Origin: Actinomycetales bacterium
GTDB lineage: Bacteria; Actinomycetota; Actinomycetes; Actinomycetales; Microbacteriaceae
NCBI GenBank assembly: GCA_017308515.1
Contig: JAFKEN010000010.1
Location: 17,137 to 81,136 of the forward strand
Length of the DNA stretch: 64,000 nucleotides
Reading direction: 5' to 3'
Positions 21,761 through 35,930 of this stretch are shown piece after piece. The notes beneath the pieces are model-generated. The model searched no databases, was not told the DNA's origin, and was given only the letters and a program-made list of their open reading frames with translations. How positions within the stretch are numbered: position 1 is the first letter of the stretch; the number at the start of each line of letters is the position of its first letter. The translations under genes and the position numbers were made by a program.

Positions 21761-22800
21761 GCGCCGCGCACGGGACGGCAGAGCCGGACTCCGCGCCGTC
21801 GCGCCGCACGACCAGAGACGGATCGCCGGGCGACCGTCGGCCCCACCGTGCTCATGAGGTGCTCTTCCTCCTGCTCGGCCTGGCGGGGATCGCCGGTCTC
21901 GTTCTCGGGATCGCCGCCGTGCTGGGCGCGACCATCCTCTCGCCGGAGACCGCCGCGCAGCGCTACCTCGACGCCCTCGCCGCGGGCCGGCTCGACGAGG
22001 CCGCGCAGCTCGCGCCGACCGGCGCCGAGGGCGAGGACGCCGCGCTGCTGGGCGGCCCGGTGCTCGCCGACCCCGCCGCCCGCATCGCGGAGGTCGCCGT
22101 CGGGGCTGCCACCCGCGAGGGCGGCGTCGCGACCGTGCCGGTCGCGTACACGCTCGCGGGGGAGCGCGAGCAGGCGCAGCTGACCCTCGTGCGCGGCGTG
22201 AGCTTCCTCGACCTCGCCGGCGACTGGCGCGTCGCGGCGCCGCTCGCCGGCACCCTGGAGCTGCCCGCGACCCCGACCGACCGGGTGAGCGTCAACGGCG
22301 TCGACGTGACCACCGGGCCGCAGGGTTCGGCGCATCCCGTCTATCCGGGGGTCTACACGATCACGCCTGCGCGAGGCGACGACCTGTTCGCCCTCGACAC
22401 TCCGCAGGAGGTGACGGTCGCCGCGGGCGCCACGGTCGAGGCCGGGCTGCCGTTCACCGCCACCCCCGCACTCACCGCCGCCGTGCAGGACGCGGTCGAC
22501 GCGGCCGTCGCCGCGTGCGCGACGAGCACCGACCGCAATCCCGTCGGATGCCCCTTCGGGATCGAGATCTTCGACGAGTACCAGAACCTCGCCTGGAGCA
22601 TCGCGCAGACCCCCGCGGTCGCGGTCGACGCCGCCGCGGGCACCTTCGCCTCCGACGGCGCGGGGCGCGCGACCGCCTCCTACGAGGTGCAGACCTACGA
22701 CGGTCGCGGCTGGGAGCCCGCGTCGCAGGGCACCGCGTTCGCGGTGCAGGGCACCTTCACGGTCGTCAGCGGCGAGGTCTCGGTTGCGCTCACCGGCTGA
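21757..22800 (+). CDS. hypothetical single-pass membrane-anchored protein
   Basis: Trimmed from ORF 21511..22800 to ATG 21757, which overlaps the upstream stop (ATGA). One N-terminal TM helix ([24 protein letters not shown]) followed by an Ala/Thr/Val-rich ectodomain with one Cys pair. I recognise no family. Confidence 0.55.
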   Translation: MSAAHGTAEPDSAPSRRTTRDGSPGDRRPHRAHEVLFLLLGLAGIAGLVLGIAAVLGATILSPETAAQRYLDALAAGRLDEAAQLAPTGAEGEDAALLGGPVLADPAARIAEVAVGAATREGGVATVPVAYTLAGEREQAQLTLVRGVSFLDLAGDWRVAAPLAGTLELPATPTDRVSVNGVDVTTGPQGSAHPVYPGVYTITPARGDDLFALDTPQEVTVAAGATVEAGLPFTATPALTAAVQDAVDAAVAACATSTDRNPVGCPFGIEIFDEYQNLAWSIAQTPAVAVDAAAGTFASDGAGRATASYEVQTYDGRGWEPASQGTAFAVQGTFTVVSGEVSVALTG

Positions 22801-22836
22801 CTCCGCCGCGGGCCGGTGGATGTCGGTGCGGCTCCG

Positions 22837-22842
22837 TAGACT
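22837..22842 (+). promoter_or_regulatory. -10 hexamer TAGACT, predicted leaderless promoter of uvrA
   Basis: TAGACT-cgttcg-GTG(22849). Confidence 0.45.
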
Positions 22843-22848
22843 CGTTCG

Positions 22849-25755
22849 GTGTCGATCTCTGCCGTCTCGGGCCACCAGAAGCTGAGTGTGCGCGGGGCCC
22901 GGGTGCACAACCTGAAGGACGTCGACCTCGAGATCCCGCGCGACTGCCTCGTCGTCTTCACCGGCCTCTCCGGCTCGGGCAAGTCGAGCCTCGCCTTCGA
23001 CACGATCTTCGCCGAGGGCCAGCGCCGCTACGTCGAGAGCCTCAGCTCCTACGCGCGTCAGTTCCTCGGGCAGGTCGACCGGCCCGACGTCGACTTCATC
23101 GAGGGGCTGAGCCCCGCGGTCTCGATCGACCAGAAGTCGACCAACCGCAACCCCCGTTCCACCGTCGGCACGATCACCGAGATCTACGACTACATGCGCC
23201 TGCTGTGGGCGCGCGTCGGCATCCCGCACTGCCCGGTGTGCGGCGAGCGCATCCAGCGCCAGACGGTGCAGCAGATCGCCGACCAGCTCATGGAGCTCGA
23301 GGCCGGCACGCGCTACCAGGTGGTCGCGCCGATCGTGAGCCAGAAGAAGGGGGAGTTCGTCGAGCTCTTCCAGGAGCTCTCGGCGGGCGGATACTCGCGC
23401 GCGATCGTCGACGGCGAGCTCATCCAGCTGGCGGAGCCGCCGGCGCTCAAGAAGAGCTACAAGCACGACATCGCGGTCGTCGTCGACCGCCTGGTCGCCT
23501 CCGACGACCTGCTGAGCCGGCTCACCGACTCGCTCGAGACGGCCCTGCGGTTGACCGACGGGCGCGTGTCGATCGACTTCGTCGACGTCGAGGACCAGAC
23601 GAGCGAGGCCGCCTGGCGGCACTTCAGCGAGAAGCTCAGCTGCCCCAACAACCACCCCCTGCAGCTCACCGAGATCGAGCCGCGCACCTTCTCGTTCAAC
23701 GCCCCGTTCGGCGCCTGCCCGGAGTGCTCGGGCCTGGGCACGAAGATGGCGGTCGACCCCGACCTGCTGCTCGGCGACGGGAGCCTCTCGCTCAACGAGG
23801 GCGTGATCCTCCCCTGGAACCAGCAGGGCAAGGGCATGTACAGCTACTTCCAGCGGCTGCTGCAGGGCCTCGCGCGCGACCTCGACTTCTCACTCGACAC
23901 CCCGTGGGCCGAGCTACCCGACGAGGTGCGCACGGCGATCCTGCGCGGCAACGACTTCGAGGTCGTCGTGCAGTGGCGCAACCGCTTCGGGCGCACCATG
24001 AAGTACTCCACGGGCTTCGAGGGCGTCATGCCCTACATCGAGCGCAAGTACCTCGAGGCCGAGAGCGACTGGTCGCAGCAGCGCTACGGCGAGTACCTGC
24101 GCGAGGTGCCGTGCCCGGTCTGCGAGGGCAAGCGGCTCAAGCCCGAGGTGCTCGCGGTGCTCGTCGCCGGCCGCTCGATCTCCGACGTCGCCGAGCTCTC
24201 CCTGCAAGACGCCTACGACACCATGCAGGCGCTCGAGCTCACCGAGCGCGAGGCCCGCATCGCCGCCCAGGTGCTGCGCGAGATCCGGCTGCGGCTCGAG
24301 TTCCTCCTCGAGGTGGGGCTCGGCTACCTGACGATGGCGCGCGCGGCCGGCTCGCTCTCGGGCGGCGAGGCGCAGCGGATCCGGCTCGCGACCCAGATCG
24401 GCTCCGGCCTCACCGGCGTGCTCTACGTGCTCGACGAGCCGAGCATCGGGCTGCACCAGCGCGACAACCGCCGGCTCATCGACACCCTCGTGAAGCTCAA
24501 GAATCTCGGCAACACCCTCATCGTCGTCGAGCACGACGAGGACACCATCCGCACCGCCGACTGGATCGTCGACATCGGTCCCGGCGCCGGGGAGCTCGGC
24601 GGCCAGGTCGTGCACTCCGGCGGCTACGACGCGCTGCTGCGCAACCGCGACTCGATCACGGGGGACTACCTCGCGGGGCGGATGGAGATCGGCACGCCGG
24701 CGACGCGACGACCGGTGGATCGCGAGCGCATGATCCGCGTCGAGGGCGCCCGCGCCCACAATCTGCGCGACGTGACGGTCGACTTCCCGCTGGGGACCTT
24801 CACGGCGGTCACCGGGGTGAGCGGCTCGGGCAAGTCGAGCCTCGTCAACGACATCCTCTACAAGGTGCTCGCCAACCAGTTGAACGGCGCGCGCCAGGTG
24901 CCCGGCCCGCACAAGCGCGTGACCGGGCTCGAGAACCTCGACAAGGTCGTGCACGTCGACCAGGCCCCGATCGGGCGCACGCCCCGCTCGAACCCCGCGA
25001 CCTACACCGGGGTCTTCGACAAGATCCGCACGCTCTTCAGCGAGACCATGGAGGCGAAGGCGCGCGGCTACCTGCCGGGGCGCTTCAGCTTCAACGTCAA
25101 GGGCGGGCGCTGCGAGAACTGCCAGGGCGACGGCACCATCAAGATCGAGATGAACTTCCTGCCCGACGTCTACGTCGCGTGCGAGGTGTGCGGAGGCGCG
25201 CGGTACAACCGCGACACGCTCCAGGTGCACTACAAGGGCAAGAACATCGCCGAGGTGCTCGACATGCCGATCTCGGAGGCCGCCGAGTTCTTCGAGCCGA
25301 TCAGCGCGATCCACCGCTATCTGCAGACCCTCGTCGAGGTCGGGCTCGGCTACGTGCGGCTCGGCCAGAGCGCCACGACCCTCTCCGGCGGCGAGGCGCA
25401 GCGCGTCAAGCTCGCCACCGAGCTGCAGCGCCGCTCGAACGGCCGCAGCGTCTACGTGCTCGACGAGCCGACCACGGGGCTGCACTTCGAAGACGTGCGC
25501 AAGCTCCTGCTCGTGCTCAACGGACTCGTCGAGAAGGGCAACACGGTCATCGTCATCGAGCACAACCTCGACGTGATCAAGAACGCCGACTGGATCGTCG
25601 ACCTCGGACCCGAGGGCGGCGCGGGCGGCGGCACGGTCGTCGCGACCGGCACCCCCGAGCAGATCGCGAAGAACCCCGAGAGTCACACCGGCGTGTTCCT
25701 GCGCGAGATGTTCGACGCGACCTCGACGGAGCAGGGTCGCCGGAAGGCCGGCTGA
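22849..25755 (+). CDS. uvrA: excinuclease ABC subunit A
   Basis: 968 aa. Two ABC modules ([10 protein letters not shown] and [10 protein letters not shown], two LSGGE signatures) and zinc-finger Cys pairs (CPVCGE, CPECSG, CPVCEG, CENCQG). Confidence 0.97.
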   Translation: MSISAVSGHQKLSVRGARVHNLKDVDLEIPRDCLVVFTGLSGSGKSSLAFDTIFAEGQRRYVESLSSYARQFLGQVDRPDVDFIEGLSPAVSIDQKSTNRNPRSTVGTITEIYDYMRLLWARVGIPHCPVCGERIQRQTVQQIADQLMELEAGTRYQVVAPIVSQKKGEFVELFQELSAGGYSRAIVDGELIQLAEPPALKKSYKHDIAVVVDRLVASDDLLSRLTDSLETALRLTDGRVSIDFVDVEDQTSEAAWRHFSEKLSCPNNHPLQLTEIEPRTFSFNAPFGACPECSGLGTKMAVDPDLLLGDGSLSLNEGVILPWNQQGKGMYSYFQRLLQGLARDLDFSLDTPWAELPDEVRTAILRGNDFEVVVQWRNRFGRTMKYSTGFEGVMPYIERKYLEAESDWSQQRYGEYLREVPCPVCEGKRLKPEVLAVLVAGRSISDVAELSLQDAYDTMQALELTEREARIAAQVLREIRLRLEFLLEVGLGYLTMARAAGSLSGGEAQRIRLATQIGSGLTGVLYVLDEPSIGLHQRDNRRLIDTLVKLKNLGNTLIVVEHDEDTIRTADWIVDIGPGAGELGGQVVHSGGYDALLRNRDSITGDYLAGRMEIGTPATRRPVDRERMIRVEGARAHNLRDVTVDFPLGTFTAVTGVSGSGKSSLVNDILYKVLANQLNGARQVPGPHKRVTGLENLDKVVHVDQAPIGRTPRSNPATYTGVFDKIRTLFSETMEAKARGYLPGRFSFNVKGGRCENCQGDGTIKIEMNFLPDVYVACEVCGGARYNRDTLQVHYKGKNIAEVLDMPISEAAEFFEPISAIHRYLQTLVEVGLGYVRLGQSATTLSGGEAQRVKLATELQRRSNGRSVYVLDEPTTGLHFEDVRKLLLVLNGLVEKGNTVIVIEHNLDVIKNADWIVDLGPEGGAGGGTVVATGTPEQIAKNPESHTGVFLREMFDATSTEQGRRKAG

Positions 25756-25756
25756 C

Positions 25757-27832
25757 ATGGTCGGCTACGTCGAGGGCCGCACGGCGGGCGGCACCGGAGC
25801 GGACGGCCGCGCCTCCGCGGGGATGACCGGCCGGGTCGGGCGCCCCGAGGGGGCGCGCGAGGATTGGCGCCCGAAGGCGGGCGAGATCCCGACGGCTCCG
25901 GGGGTGTACCGCTTCCTCGACCGCACCGGGCGCGTGCTCTACGTGGGCAAGGCGATCAACCTGCGCCAGCGGCTGTCGAACTACTTCCAGCCGCTGCGCG
26001 CGCTGCACGAGCGCACCCGTCACATGGTGCTCTCGGCGAGCGCCGTGGACTGGACGATCGTCGGCTCCGACTTCGAGGCCCTCCAGCTCGAGTACAGCTG
26101 GATCAAGGAGTACGCCCCGCCCTACAACGTCAAGTTCCGCGACGACAAGACCTACCCGTACCTGGCGATCACCCTCGCCGACGAGGCGCCGCGCGTCATG
26201 GTGACCCGCAACCACCGCATCGCCGGGGCCCGCTACTTCGGCCCGTACCCGAAGATCTGGGCGGTGCGCGAGACCATCGAGCTGATGACGAAGGCGTTCC
26301 CGATCCGCACCTGCTCCGACTCGAGCTACAAGCGCGCCATGCAGTCGGGGCGCGCGTGCTTCCCGGGGCAGATCGGCCGCTGCGGCGGCCCGTGCTCACA
26401 GCGGGTGACGATCGAGGAGCACCGCCGGATCGTCGACGAGTTCGTGCAGTTCATGGCGAGCCACGACCGCGGCGTCATCGCACGGCTCGAGCGCGAGATG
26501 CGCGACGCGGCCGCCCAGCAGCGCTACGAGACCGCCGCGCAGTTGCGCGACCGCATCCGTGCGCTCGAGAACGTGCTCGAGAAGAGCGCCGTGGTGCTCT
26601 CCGACGGGGTCGACACCGACGTCTTCGGCATCGAGCACGACGAGCTCGCCGCCGCCGTGCAGCAGTTCGTGGTGCGCGGCGGGCGGGTGCGCGGCGTGCG
26701 CTCGTGGATCGTCGACACCGAGCTCGACGTGCCCCTCGGCGAACTCGTCGAGTCGGTGCTCGAGACCGCCTACGAGACCGAGCCGCCCCCGCGCGAGATC
26801 GTGGTGCCGGCGATCCCCGACGACGCTCCGGCGCTCGAGCAGTGGCTCGCGGGGCGCCGCGAGCGCGGGTCGGTCGCGCTGCGCGTCGCACGGCGCGGCG
26901 AGAAGGCGGCGGTGCTCGAGACCGCGACGCTCAACGCGAAGCAGACGCTCGCGCTGCACAAGGCCCGCCGCAGCGCCGACTACGTCGCGCGCACCCAGGC
27001 GCTCACCGATCTGCAGGAGGGCCTCGAACTCGACGAGGCGCCGCTGCGCATCGAGTGCTACGACGTCTCGCACCTCGCGGGCACCGACATCGTCGCCTCG
27101 ATGGTCGTCTTCGAGGACGGCCTGCCCAAGAAGAGCGACTACCGGCGCTTCTCGATCCCCGAGTACGCCGACGACACCGAGGCCATGGCGCAGGTGCTGC
27201 GTCGCCGGCTCGCGCGGCTCGACGAGGACGAGGCGCCGGGCGAAGGCACGGGTGACGCGGCGACGATGTCCGCGGCGACGACATCCACGGCGCCGGCGGG
27301 CGAGGACGGCGGCGCCCCCGAGCGGCAGCCCGACACCGAGGGGGCGGTCGCCACCCGACGCCGCCGCTTCGCCTACCGACCGGGCCTCATCGTCGTCGAC
27401 GGCGGGCAGCCGCAGGTCGCCTCCGCGCAGCGCGTGCTGGACGAGCTCGGCATCGACGACATCCCCGTCGTCGGGCTCGCGAAGCGACTCGAGGAGGTGT
27501 GGCGGCCGGGGGAGGAGTTCCCGGTGATCCTGCCGCGCACGAGCGAGGCGCTGTTCCTCCTGCAGCGGCTGCGCGACGAAGCGCACCGCTTCGCGATCAG
27601 CTACCAGCGCGCGAAGCGCTCGCGCGGCATCCGCTCGACCCTCGGCGAGATCCCGGGCCTCGGGCCGGCGCGGGTCACCGAGCTGCTCAAGCACTTCGGC
27701 TCCGTCGCCCGGCTGCGCGAGGCGAGCCCCGAGCAGCTCGCCGAGGTGCGCGGCGTCGGCCCGGCGCTGGCCGCGGCCATCGCGGCTAGGCTGAGGGGCA
27801 CGGATCCCGAGCCGACCTCCGAAGGGCGCTGA
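25757..27832 (+). CDS. uvrC: excinuclease ABC subunit C
   Basis: GIY-YIG N-terminus ([25 protein letters not shown]), a UVR domain and a C-terminal (HhH)2 motif. ATG 25757 lies 1 nt after the uvrA stop. In-frame ATG 25823 would give a more typical N-terminal length, so the start is uncertain. Confidence 0.92.
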   Translation: MVGYVEGRTAGGTGADGRASAGMTGRVGRPEGAREDWRPKAGEIPTAPGVYRFLDRTGRVLYVGKAINLRQRLSNYFQPLRALHERTRHMVLSASAVDWTIVGSDFEALQLEYSWIKEYAPPYNVKFRDDKTYPYLAITLADEAPRVMVTRNHRIAGARYFGPYPKIWAVRETIELMTKAFPIRTCSDSSYKRAMQSGRACFPGQIGRCGGPCSQRVTIEEHRRIVDEFVQFMASHDRGVIARLEREMRDAAAQQRYETAAQLRDRIRALENVLEKSAVVLSDGVDTDVFGIEHDELAAAVQQFVVRGGRVRGVRSWIVDTELDVPLGELVESVLETAYETEPPPREIVVPAIPDDAPALEQWLAGRRERGSVALRVARRGEKAAVLETATLNAKQTLALHKARRSADYVARTQALTDLQEGLELDEAPLRIECYDVSHLAGTDIVASMVVFEDGLPKKSDYRRFSIPEYADDTEAMAQVLRRRLARLDEDEAPGEGTGDAATMSAATTSTAPAGEDGGAPERQPDTEGAVATRRRRFAYRPGLIVVDGGQPQVASAQRVLDELGIDDIPVVGLAKRLEEVWRPGEEFPVILPRTSEALFLLQRLRDEAHRFAISYQRAKRSRGIRSTLGEIPGLGPARVTELLKHFGSVARLREASPEQLAEVRGVGPALAAAIAARLRGTDPEPTSEGR

Positions 27833-27838
27833 GCGCAC

Positions 27839-28714
27839 ATGTCCGAATCCCCCCGGCCGCGCGAGCTGCTCCTCGTGACCGGCATGTCGGGGGCGGGCCG
27901 CTCGACCGCCGCCAACGCCCTCGAGGATCTCGGCTGGTTCGTCATCGACAACCTCCCGCCCCAGCTGCTCGGCCCGCTGCTCGAGCTCGCCGGCCGCAGC
28001 GGCGACGCGGCCGCCCGACTCGTGGCGGTCATGGACATCCGCGGGGGCAAGCTCTTCGCCGACGTCGACGCCGCCCTCGAGGCCGTCGACGACCAGGTCG
28101 CCGTGCGGGTGCTCTTCCTCGACGCGACCGACGACGCCCTCGTGCGGCGATTCGAGAACGTGCGCCGCCCTCACCCGCTCCAGGGCGACGGCACGCTGCT
28201 CCAGGGAATCGCCGAGGAGCGGCGGCGCCTCCTCGAGCTGCGCGAGCGCAGCGACGAGGTCATCGACACCTCCGAGCTCAACATCCACCAGCTCGCCGCG
28301 GCCGTGCGCGAGCGCTTCGCCGAGCCCGACGACGAGCGCATGCGGCTGACCCTGCTGAGCTTCGGCTACAAGTACGGGCTGCCGAGCGACGCCGACCTCG
28401 TCGCCGACTGCCGCTTCCTGCCCAACCCCTACTGGCAGCCCGAGCTCGCCGAGGGCAGCGGTCTCGACGCCCCGGTGCGCGACTACGTGCTCGGTCAGCC
28501 GGGGGCGCAGCAGTTCCTCGACGCCTACGTCGCCGCCCTCGTGCCGGTGCTCGAGGGGTACCGTCGCGAGAACAAGAGGCACGCTACGATCGCTCTGGGC
28601 TGCACCGGGGGGCGCCACCGCTCCGTCGCGGTCGTGGAGGAGCTGGCCGGTCGGCTCGGCCGACTGCCGGGCGTCTCGACCCGGGTCAGCCACCGCGATC
28701 TGGGGCGGGAATGA
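27839..28714 (+). CDS. rapZ: RNase adapter / nucleotide-binding protein RapZ (YvcJ family)
   Basis: 291 aa. P-loop [15 protein letters not shown] and C-terminal [13 protein letters not shown] are typical of RapZ. Confidence 0.9.
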   Translation: MSESPRPRELLLVTGMSGAGRSTAANALEDLGWFVIDNLPPQLLGPLLELAGRSGDAAARLVAVMDIRGGKLFADVDAALEAVDDQVAVRVLFLDATDDALVRRFENVRRPHPLQGDGTLLQGIAEERRRLLELRERSDEVIDTSELNIHQLAAAVRERFAEPDDERMRLTLLSFGYKYGLPSDADLVADCRFLPNPYWQPELAEGSGLDAPVRDYVLGQPGAQQFLDAYVAALVPVLEGYRRENKRHATIALGCTGGRHRSVAVVEELAGRLGRLPGVSTRVSHRDLGRE

Positions 28715-28742
28715 TCGACGATCCGTCGAGGAAGGTGATGGC

Positions 28743-29720
28743 GTGGCGCTGACCGCCGATGTCAAGCAGGAGCTCGCCTCCGTCGAGCCCGGCCCGACCG
28801 GCACGCGCGCCGCCGAGCTCGCCACCATCCTGCGCTTCGCCGGGGGGCTGCACATCATCTCCCAGCGGATCGCCGTCGAGGCCGAGCTCGACTCGCCCGT
28901 CACCGCCCGCCGGGTGCGCCGCGATCTCGCGGAGCTGTACGGCGTGCGCAGCGAGGTCTCGGTCATCTCGGGCGGCGGATCCCGCCACTCGAGCAGCTAT
29001 CTCGTGCGGGTCATCGACGGCGGCGACACGCTCGCGCGCCAGACCGGTCTGCTCGATGCGCGTCGGCGGCCGGTGCGCGGCCTGCCCAACCGGCTGACGA
29101 CCGGCTCGCGCGAGGAGCTCGCCGCGGTCTGGCGGGGCGCCTTCCTCGCGGCGGGCTCGCTGAGCGATCCCGGCCGGTCGGCGGCGCTCGAGGTGAGCTG
29201 CCCCGGCAACGAGGCGGCGATGGCGCTCGTCGGCGCGGCGGGCCGGCTCGGCGTCGCCGCGAAGGCCCGCGAGGTGCGCGGCGTGCACCGCGTGGTCGTG
29301 CGCGAGCCCGAGGCGATCACGGCGATGCTGACGGTCATGGGCGCCTCCGGCGCCGTCGGCGCGTGGGAGGAGCTGCGGCAGCGCCGCGAGGTGCGCGCTT
29401 CGGCGAACCGTCTCGTGAACTTCGACGACGCGAACCTCCGCCGCTCGGCCCAGGCGGCGGTGGCCGCGTGCGCCCGCGTCGAGCGCGCGCTCGAGATCCT
29501 GGGCCCCGAGGTGCCCGAGCACCTGCGGTACGCGGGGGAGCTGCGCCTCAACCACCGCGACGCGAGCCTCGACGAGCTGGGTCACCACGCGGATCCGCCG
29601 ATGACGAAGGACGCGGTCGCCGGCCGCATCCGCCGCCTGCTCGCGATGGCCGACAAGCGCGCCGGCGAGCTGGGGATCCCCGATACCGAGTCGGGCGTTC
29701 CGGCCGGCCTCGACGACTGA
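28743..29720 (+). CDS. whiA: DNA-binding sporulation/cell-division regulator WhiA
   Basis: 325 aa. N-terminus [12 protein letters not shown] and a C-terminal HTH region ([14 protein letters not shown]...[14 protein letters not shown]) are typical of WhiA. Confidence 0.92.
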   Translation: MALTADVKQELASVEPGPTGTRAAELATILRFAGGLHIISQRIAVEAELDSPVTARRVRRDLAELYGVRSEVSVISGGGSRHSSSYLVRVIDGGDTLARQTGLLDARRRPVRGLPNRLTTGSREELAAVWRGAFLAAGSLSDPGRSAALEVSCPGNEAAMALVGAAGRLGVAAKAREVRGVHRVVVREPEAITAMLTVMGASGAVGAWEELRQRREVRASANRLVNFDDANLRRSAQAAVAACARVERALEILGPEVPEHLRYAGELRLNHRDASLDELGHHADPPMTKDAVAGRIRRLLAMADKRAGELGIPDTESGVPAGLDD

Positions 29721-30649
29721 TGCCGGGCGCGCAGGGCGCTCCGCGGGTCGCGGTGCTGCTGGCGACCCGCAACGGCCGCGCCTGGTTGCCGGAGCAGCTC
29801 GCCGGCATCCTCGGCCAGGAAGGCGTCGAGGTGCGGGTCGTCGTGCGCGACGACGACTCGAGCGACGGCACCCGTGACTGGCTCGGCGAACTCGGCGACC
29901 CCCGCGTGGAGCTGCGCGCCGACCATGAGGCGAGCGGGTCCGCCGCGGCGAACTTCTACCGGCTGCTCGAGGGCCACCAGCCGGCGGAGGGCGAGTACAC
30001 CGCCTTCGCCGACCAGGACGACGTGTGGCTGCCCGGCAAGCTCGCCCGCGCCGTGGAGCGGATGCGCGAGGAGTCCGCCGACGGCTTCAGCTCCGACGTC
30101 ATCGCCTTCCACGCCGACGGCCGGGAGTACCCGCTCGGCAAGGCCCGGCCGCAGCGCGCCTTCGACTTCCTGCTCGAGAGCCCCGGCCCCGGCAGCACCT
30201 TCGTGCTGAGCCCCCGACTCGTCGCCCTCGTGCGCGAGGTGCTCGCCACGCGTCCCGAGGCCCACGAGATCGACTACCACGACTGGCTCGTCTACGCGAT
30301 CGCGCGGTCCCGCGGGTGGCGCTGGGTGATCGACGAGCTGCCGCTGCTGCGCTATCGCCAGCACGAGGCGAACGCGATGGGCGCGAACAGCGGGGCCGCC
30401 GCGGCGCGCTCGCGGCTCGCGCTCATCCGCTCCCGCTGGCACCGCGAGCAGGCCCGCCGGCTGGCCGGCATCGGCGCGAGCGTCGCGCCGACCGCGGAGG
30501 CCCGGGACGCGCTCGAGGCGTGGGCGGCCGCCTTCGCCGACGGCGGTCCGCGCGGGCGGTGGCGGGTGATCCGCGGGGCCGGGTCGCTCCGCCGGCGACC
30601 GCGCGACCGGGTCGCGATCGCCGCGCTGACGGCGACCGGCGTCTGGTGA
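29720..30649 (+). CDS. family-2 glycosyltransferase (rhamnosyltransferase-like)
   Basis: Trimmed from ORF 29363..30649 to ATG 29720, which shares one base with the whiA stop (TGATG). GT-A features: VAVLLATRNG, DDDSSDGT, FADQDDVW. Confidence 0.75.
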   Translation: MPGAQGAPRVAVLLATRNGRAWLPEQLAGILGQEGVEVRVVVRDDDSSDGTRDWLGELGDPRVELRADHEASGSAAANFYRLLEGHQPAEGEYTAFADQDDVWLPGKLARAVERMREESADGFSSDVIAFHADGREYPLGKARPQRAFDFLLESPGPGSTFVLSPRLVALVREVLATRPEAHEIDYHDWLVYAIARSRGWRWVIDELPLLRYRQHEANAMGANSGAAAARSRLALIRSRWHREQARRLAGIGASVAPTAEARDALEAWAAAFADGGPRGRWRVIRGAGSLRRRPRDRVAIAALTATGVW

Positions 30650-30719
30650 TCCACTCCGGCCCGGCGCGATCGGACCGCGCCGGGGGCGGCGGCGTCGCCG
30701 GCGGGTCGCGACAGCGGGC

Positions 30720-31733
30720 ATGATGGACTCGATGAAGGTTCTGGTCGTCGGCGGCAGCGGGTTCATCGGCACCCGCCTCGTGGCGACCCTCCTGGAGCGC
30801 GGGCACGAGGTGCGCGTCGCCGACCTCGCGCCGCCGGCGCAGCATCCGGAGCTCGGCGTGAGGGTCGACGTGCGCGACCGGGCGGCCGTGGTCGCCGCGG
30901 CCGAGGGGATGGACGCGATCGTCAACCTCGCCGCCGCCCACCGCGACGACGTGCGCCCGCTCTCGCTCTACGCCGAGGTGAACGTCGAGGGCGCGCGCAA
31001 CACGATCGCCGCGGCCGAGGCGCACGGCATCCGCCGGATCCTGTTCACCAGCACGGTCGCGGTCTACCCGCTCGACCTGCCGCACCCCGGCGAGGACACG
31101 ACGCCCGCGCCGTTCAACCAGTACGGCATCACGAAGCTCGCGGCCGAGCAGGTCTACCGCGGGTGGGCCGAGGCCGACGTGGCGCGCTCGCTCGTGATCG
31201 TGCGGCCCTCGGTCGTCTTCGGCGAGGGCAATCGCGGCAACGTCTGGACCCTCACGCGCCAGCTCGCGTCCGGCCGGTTCGTCATGGTCGGCCGCGGCGA
31301 CAACGTCAAGGCGATGTCGTACGTCGGCAACATCGTCGGCTTCCTCGCCGACCGGCTCGAGGCCGAGCCCGGCGTGACGCTGCTCAACTACGCCGACAAG
31401 CCCGACCTCTCGACCCGCGAGCTCGTCGCGATCCTGCGCGGCCTGCTCTTCGGCTCGCCCCGTCCGCCGCGGCTGCGGATCCCGCTGTGGGCGGCGGTCG
31501 GCGCCGGCCACGCGATCGACCTCGTCGCGCGCGCGACCCGCCGCAGCTTCGCGGTGAGCGCGATCCGGATGCGCAAGTTCGCCGCCGAGACGACCGTCGA
31601 CACCACGCGGCTCGAGGCGACCGGCTACCGCCGTCGGTTCACGCTCCCGGAGGCGCTGGAGCGCACGGTGAACGCCGACTTCCCGGAGGCTGTGCGTCGG
31701 GTGCACGGCCAGCGCACGCCGGCTGAGCGCTCC

Positions 31734-31736
<3 letters not shown>
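30720..31736 (+). CDS. NAD-dependent epimerase/dehydratase (extended SDR)
   Basis: 338 aa. Rossmann motif VVGGSGFIG and catalytic YGITK (YxxxK). Confidence 0.8.
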
Positions 31737-33566
<1,830 letters not shown>

Positions 33567-33597
33567 CGCCGGCGCGTTCGGAACGGTCGGTCCGCCC

Positions 33598-34815
33598 ATG
33601 GCGCTCCGGGAACTCGAGAGCCTCGGCGCTCTCGACGGCAAGGTCGTGCTGCTGCGCTGCGATCTCAACGTCCCCCTGAAGGACGGCCGGATCACCGACG
33701 ACGGGCGCGTGCGCGCGTCCGTCCCGACGATCCGCACCCTGCTCGACGCGGGGGCCACGGTCGTGGCGATGTCGCACCTCGGTCGCCCCGAGGGCGCGCC
33801 GGATCCGCAGTACTCCCTCGAGCCGGTCGCGCGCCGTCTGGGCGAGCTGCTCGGCGTCGAGGTCGCCTTCGCGGGCGCGACGGTCGGGTCGGCCGCCGCG
33901 GACGCGGTGGCGGCGAACCGCGGCGGGGTGGTGCTGCTGGAGAACCTGCGCTTCGACCCACGTGAGACGAGCAAGGAGGCGGGGGAGCGCGCCGCTCTCG
34001 CCGCCGAGCTCGCGGCGCTGGGCGACGTCGCGGTCTCCGACGGCTTCGGCGTCGTGCACCGCAAGCAGGCGAGCGTCTACGAGCTCATGCAGGCGCTGCC
34101 GAGCGCCGCGGGGCTGCTGATCGCGACCGAGCTCGACGTGCTCGAGCGGCTCACCGAGCGACCGGAGCGGCCCTACACGGTCGTGCTCGGCGGCTCCAAG
34201 GTCTCCGACAAGCTCGGGGTCATCGCCCACCTGCTGCCGCGGGTCGACAACCTGCTGATCGGCGGCGGCATGCTCTTCACCTTCCTCGCGGCCCAGGGCC
34301 ACCCGGTGGGCAAGAGCCTGCTCGAGGCCGACCAGCTCGACACCGTGCGCGGCTACCTCGCGGAGGCCGCGGAGCGCGGCGTGCAGCTCGTGCTGCCCAC
34401 CGATGTCGTCGTGGCGTCCGGGTTCTCGGCCGACGCCGAGCACGAAGTGGCCGCGGCCGACGCCATCGAGGAGACCCGCTTCGGTGCCGAGGGCATCGGC
34501 CTCGACATCGGTCCCGCCACCGCGAGGGCCTTCGCCGAGATCGTCGCCGGCTCGACCACGGTGTTCTGGAACGGTCCCATGGGCGTGTTCGAGTTCCCGG
34601 CCTTCGCCGCCGGCACCCGCGCGGTCGCCGAGGCGCTCACGAAGGTGAGCGGGCTGGGGGTCGTGGGCGGGGGCGACTCGGCCGCGGCGATCCGCCAGCT
34701 CGGATTCGCCGACGACGACTTCGGCCACGTCTCGACCGGCGGCGGCGCGAGCCTCGAGTTCCTCGAGGGGAAGCTGCTGCCGGGTCTCGAGGTTCTCGGA
34801 TGGGAGGCGGCATGA
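33598..34815 (+). CDS. pgk: phosphoglycerate kinase
   Basis: 405 aa. [17 protein letters not shown] and GGGDSAAA motifs. Confidence 0.95.
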   Translation: MALRELESLGALDGKVVLLRCDLNVPLKDGRITDDGRVRASVPTIRTLLDAGATVVAMSHLGRPEGAPDPQYSLEPVARRLGELLGVEVAFAGATVGSAAADAVAANRGGVVLLENLRFDPRETSKEAGERAALAAELAALGDVAVSDGFGVVHRKQASVYELMQALPSAAGLLIATELDVLERLTERPERPYTVVLGGSKVSDKLGVIAHLLPRVDNLLIGGGMLFTFLAAQGHPVGKSLLEADQLDTVRGYLAEAAERGVQLVLPTDVVVASGFSADAEHEVAAADAIEETRFGAEGIGLDIGPATARAFAEIVAGSTTVFWNGPMGVFEFPAFAAGTRAVAEALTKVSGLGVVGGGDSAAAIRQLGFADDDFGHVSTGGGASLEFLEGKLLPGLEVLGWEAA

Positions 34816-35615
34816 CCGCGCAGACCGCCGCGGGGCGCACCCCGCTGATCGCGGGCAACTGGAAGCTCAACCTCGACCACCTGCAGGCGATCGCCTTCGT
34901 GCAGAAGCTCGCCTGGACCCTCAAGGACGCGCGCCACGACTTCGGCGCCGTCGAGGTCGCGGTGTTCCCGCCGTTCACCGATCTGCGCAGCGTGCAGACC
35001 CTCGTCTCGAGCGACGACCTCCCGATCCGCTTCGGCGGCCAGGACTGCTCGGAGCACGACTCGGGCGCCTACACCGGCGAGATCTCGGCGGCGTTCCTGG
35101 CCGCGCTCGACTGCCGCTACGTGATCGTCGGCCACTCGGAGCGTCGCCAGTACCACGGCGAGACCGACGAGCAGCTCGCCGGCAAGATCGCGGCGGCCCA
35201 CCGCCACGGCGTCGTGCCCGTGCTGTGCGTCGGCGAGACGGCCGAGGATCTCGAGACCCACGGCCCGAGCGCCGTGCCGGTCGCGCAGCTGCGCGCCGCC
35301 CTCGCGGGCGTCGTCGCGGGCCAGGAGATCGTCGTCGCCTACGAGCCGGTCTGGGCGATCGGGTCGGGGCAGGCCGCGACGAGCGACCAGGCCCAGCAGG
35401 TCTGCGCCGCGCTGCGCGCCACCCTCGTCGAGGTGCTCGGCGAGGAGGCCTCCGCGGCGACCCGCATCCTCTACGGCGGCTCGGTGAAGGCCGCCAACGT
35501 CGCCGGATTCATGGCCCAGCCCGACATCGACGGCGCCCTGGTGGGCGGCGCGAGCCTCCAGCTCGAGGAGTTCGCGTCGATCGTGCGCTACCAGAAGCAC
35601 GTCGGCACGGTCTGA
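34812..35615 (+). CDS. tpiA: triosephosphate isomerase
   Basis: ATG 34812 overlaps the pgk stop (ATGA). [19 protein letters not shown] and [11 protein letters not shown] motifs. Confidence 0.93.
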   Translation: MTAQTAAGRTPLIAGNWKLNLDHLQAIAFVQKLAWTLKDARHDFGAVEVAVFPPFTDLRSVQTLVSSDDLPIRFGGQDCSEHDSGAYTGEISAAFLAALDCRYVIVGHSERRQYHGETDEQLAGKIAAAHRHGVVPVLCVGETAEDLETHGPSAVPVAQLRAALAGVVAGQEIVVAYEPVWAIGSGQAATSDQAQQVCAALRATLVEVLGEEASAATRILYGGSVKAANVAGFMAQPDIDGALVGGASLQLEEFASIVRYQKHVGTV

Positions 35616-35628
35616 GCGGGCCCGCCGG

Positions 35629-35634
35629 TATACT
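35629..35634 (+). promoter_or_regulatory. candidate -10 hexamer TATACT for secG-rbpA
   Basis: The closest match to TATAAT in the window. It lies 32 nt upstream of GTG 35667, with GAAAGG between. Confidence 0.35.
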
Positions 35635-35666
35635 CGGTTCCTGCTGCCCGCACCGAAAGGCCCCGC

Positions 35667-35930
35667 GTGGACACCACTTTCCTGTTCGACATCCTCCAGG
35701 TCGTGTTCCAGGTCATCCTGGCCATCACGAGCCTGCTGTTGACGCTGTTCATCCTCCTGCACCGGGGGCGCGGCGGCGGCCTGTCGGACATGTTCGGCGG
35801 CGGCGTGACCTCGAACCTCGGCGCGAGCGGCGTGGCGGAGCGCAACCTCAACCGCATCACCGTCGTGCTCGCGATCGCCTGGATCATCAGCATCGTCGTG
35901 CTCGGCCTCCTCACCCGGTTCGGTTCCTGA
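35667..35930 (+). CDS. secG: preprotein translocase subunit SecG
   Basis: 87 aa. Two TM helices flank the Gly-rich loop [21 protein letters not shown] lies upstream of GTG 35667. Confidence 0.85.
   Translation: MDTTFLFDILQVVFQVILAITSLLLTLFILLHRGRGGGLSDMFGGGVTSNLGASGVAERNLNRITVVLAIAWIISIVVLGLLTRFGS

Noticed and set aside
22515-25826. 1103-aa alternative-frame ORF over uvrA, plus the 614-aa antisense ORF at 23914..25758.
   Set aside because: They overlap the certain uvrA frame and have low-complexity composition.
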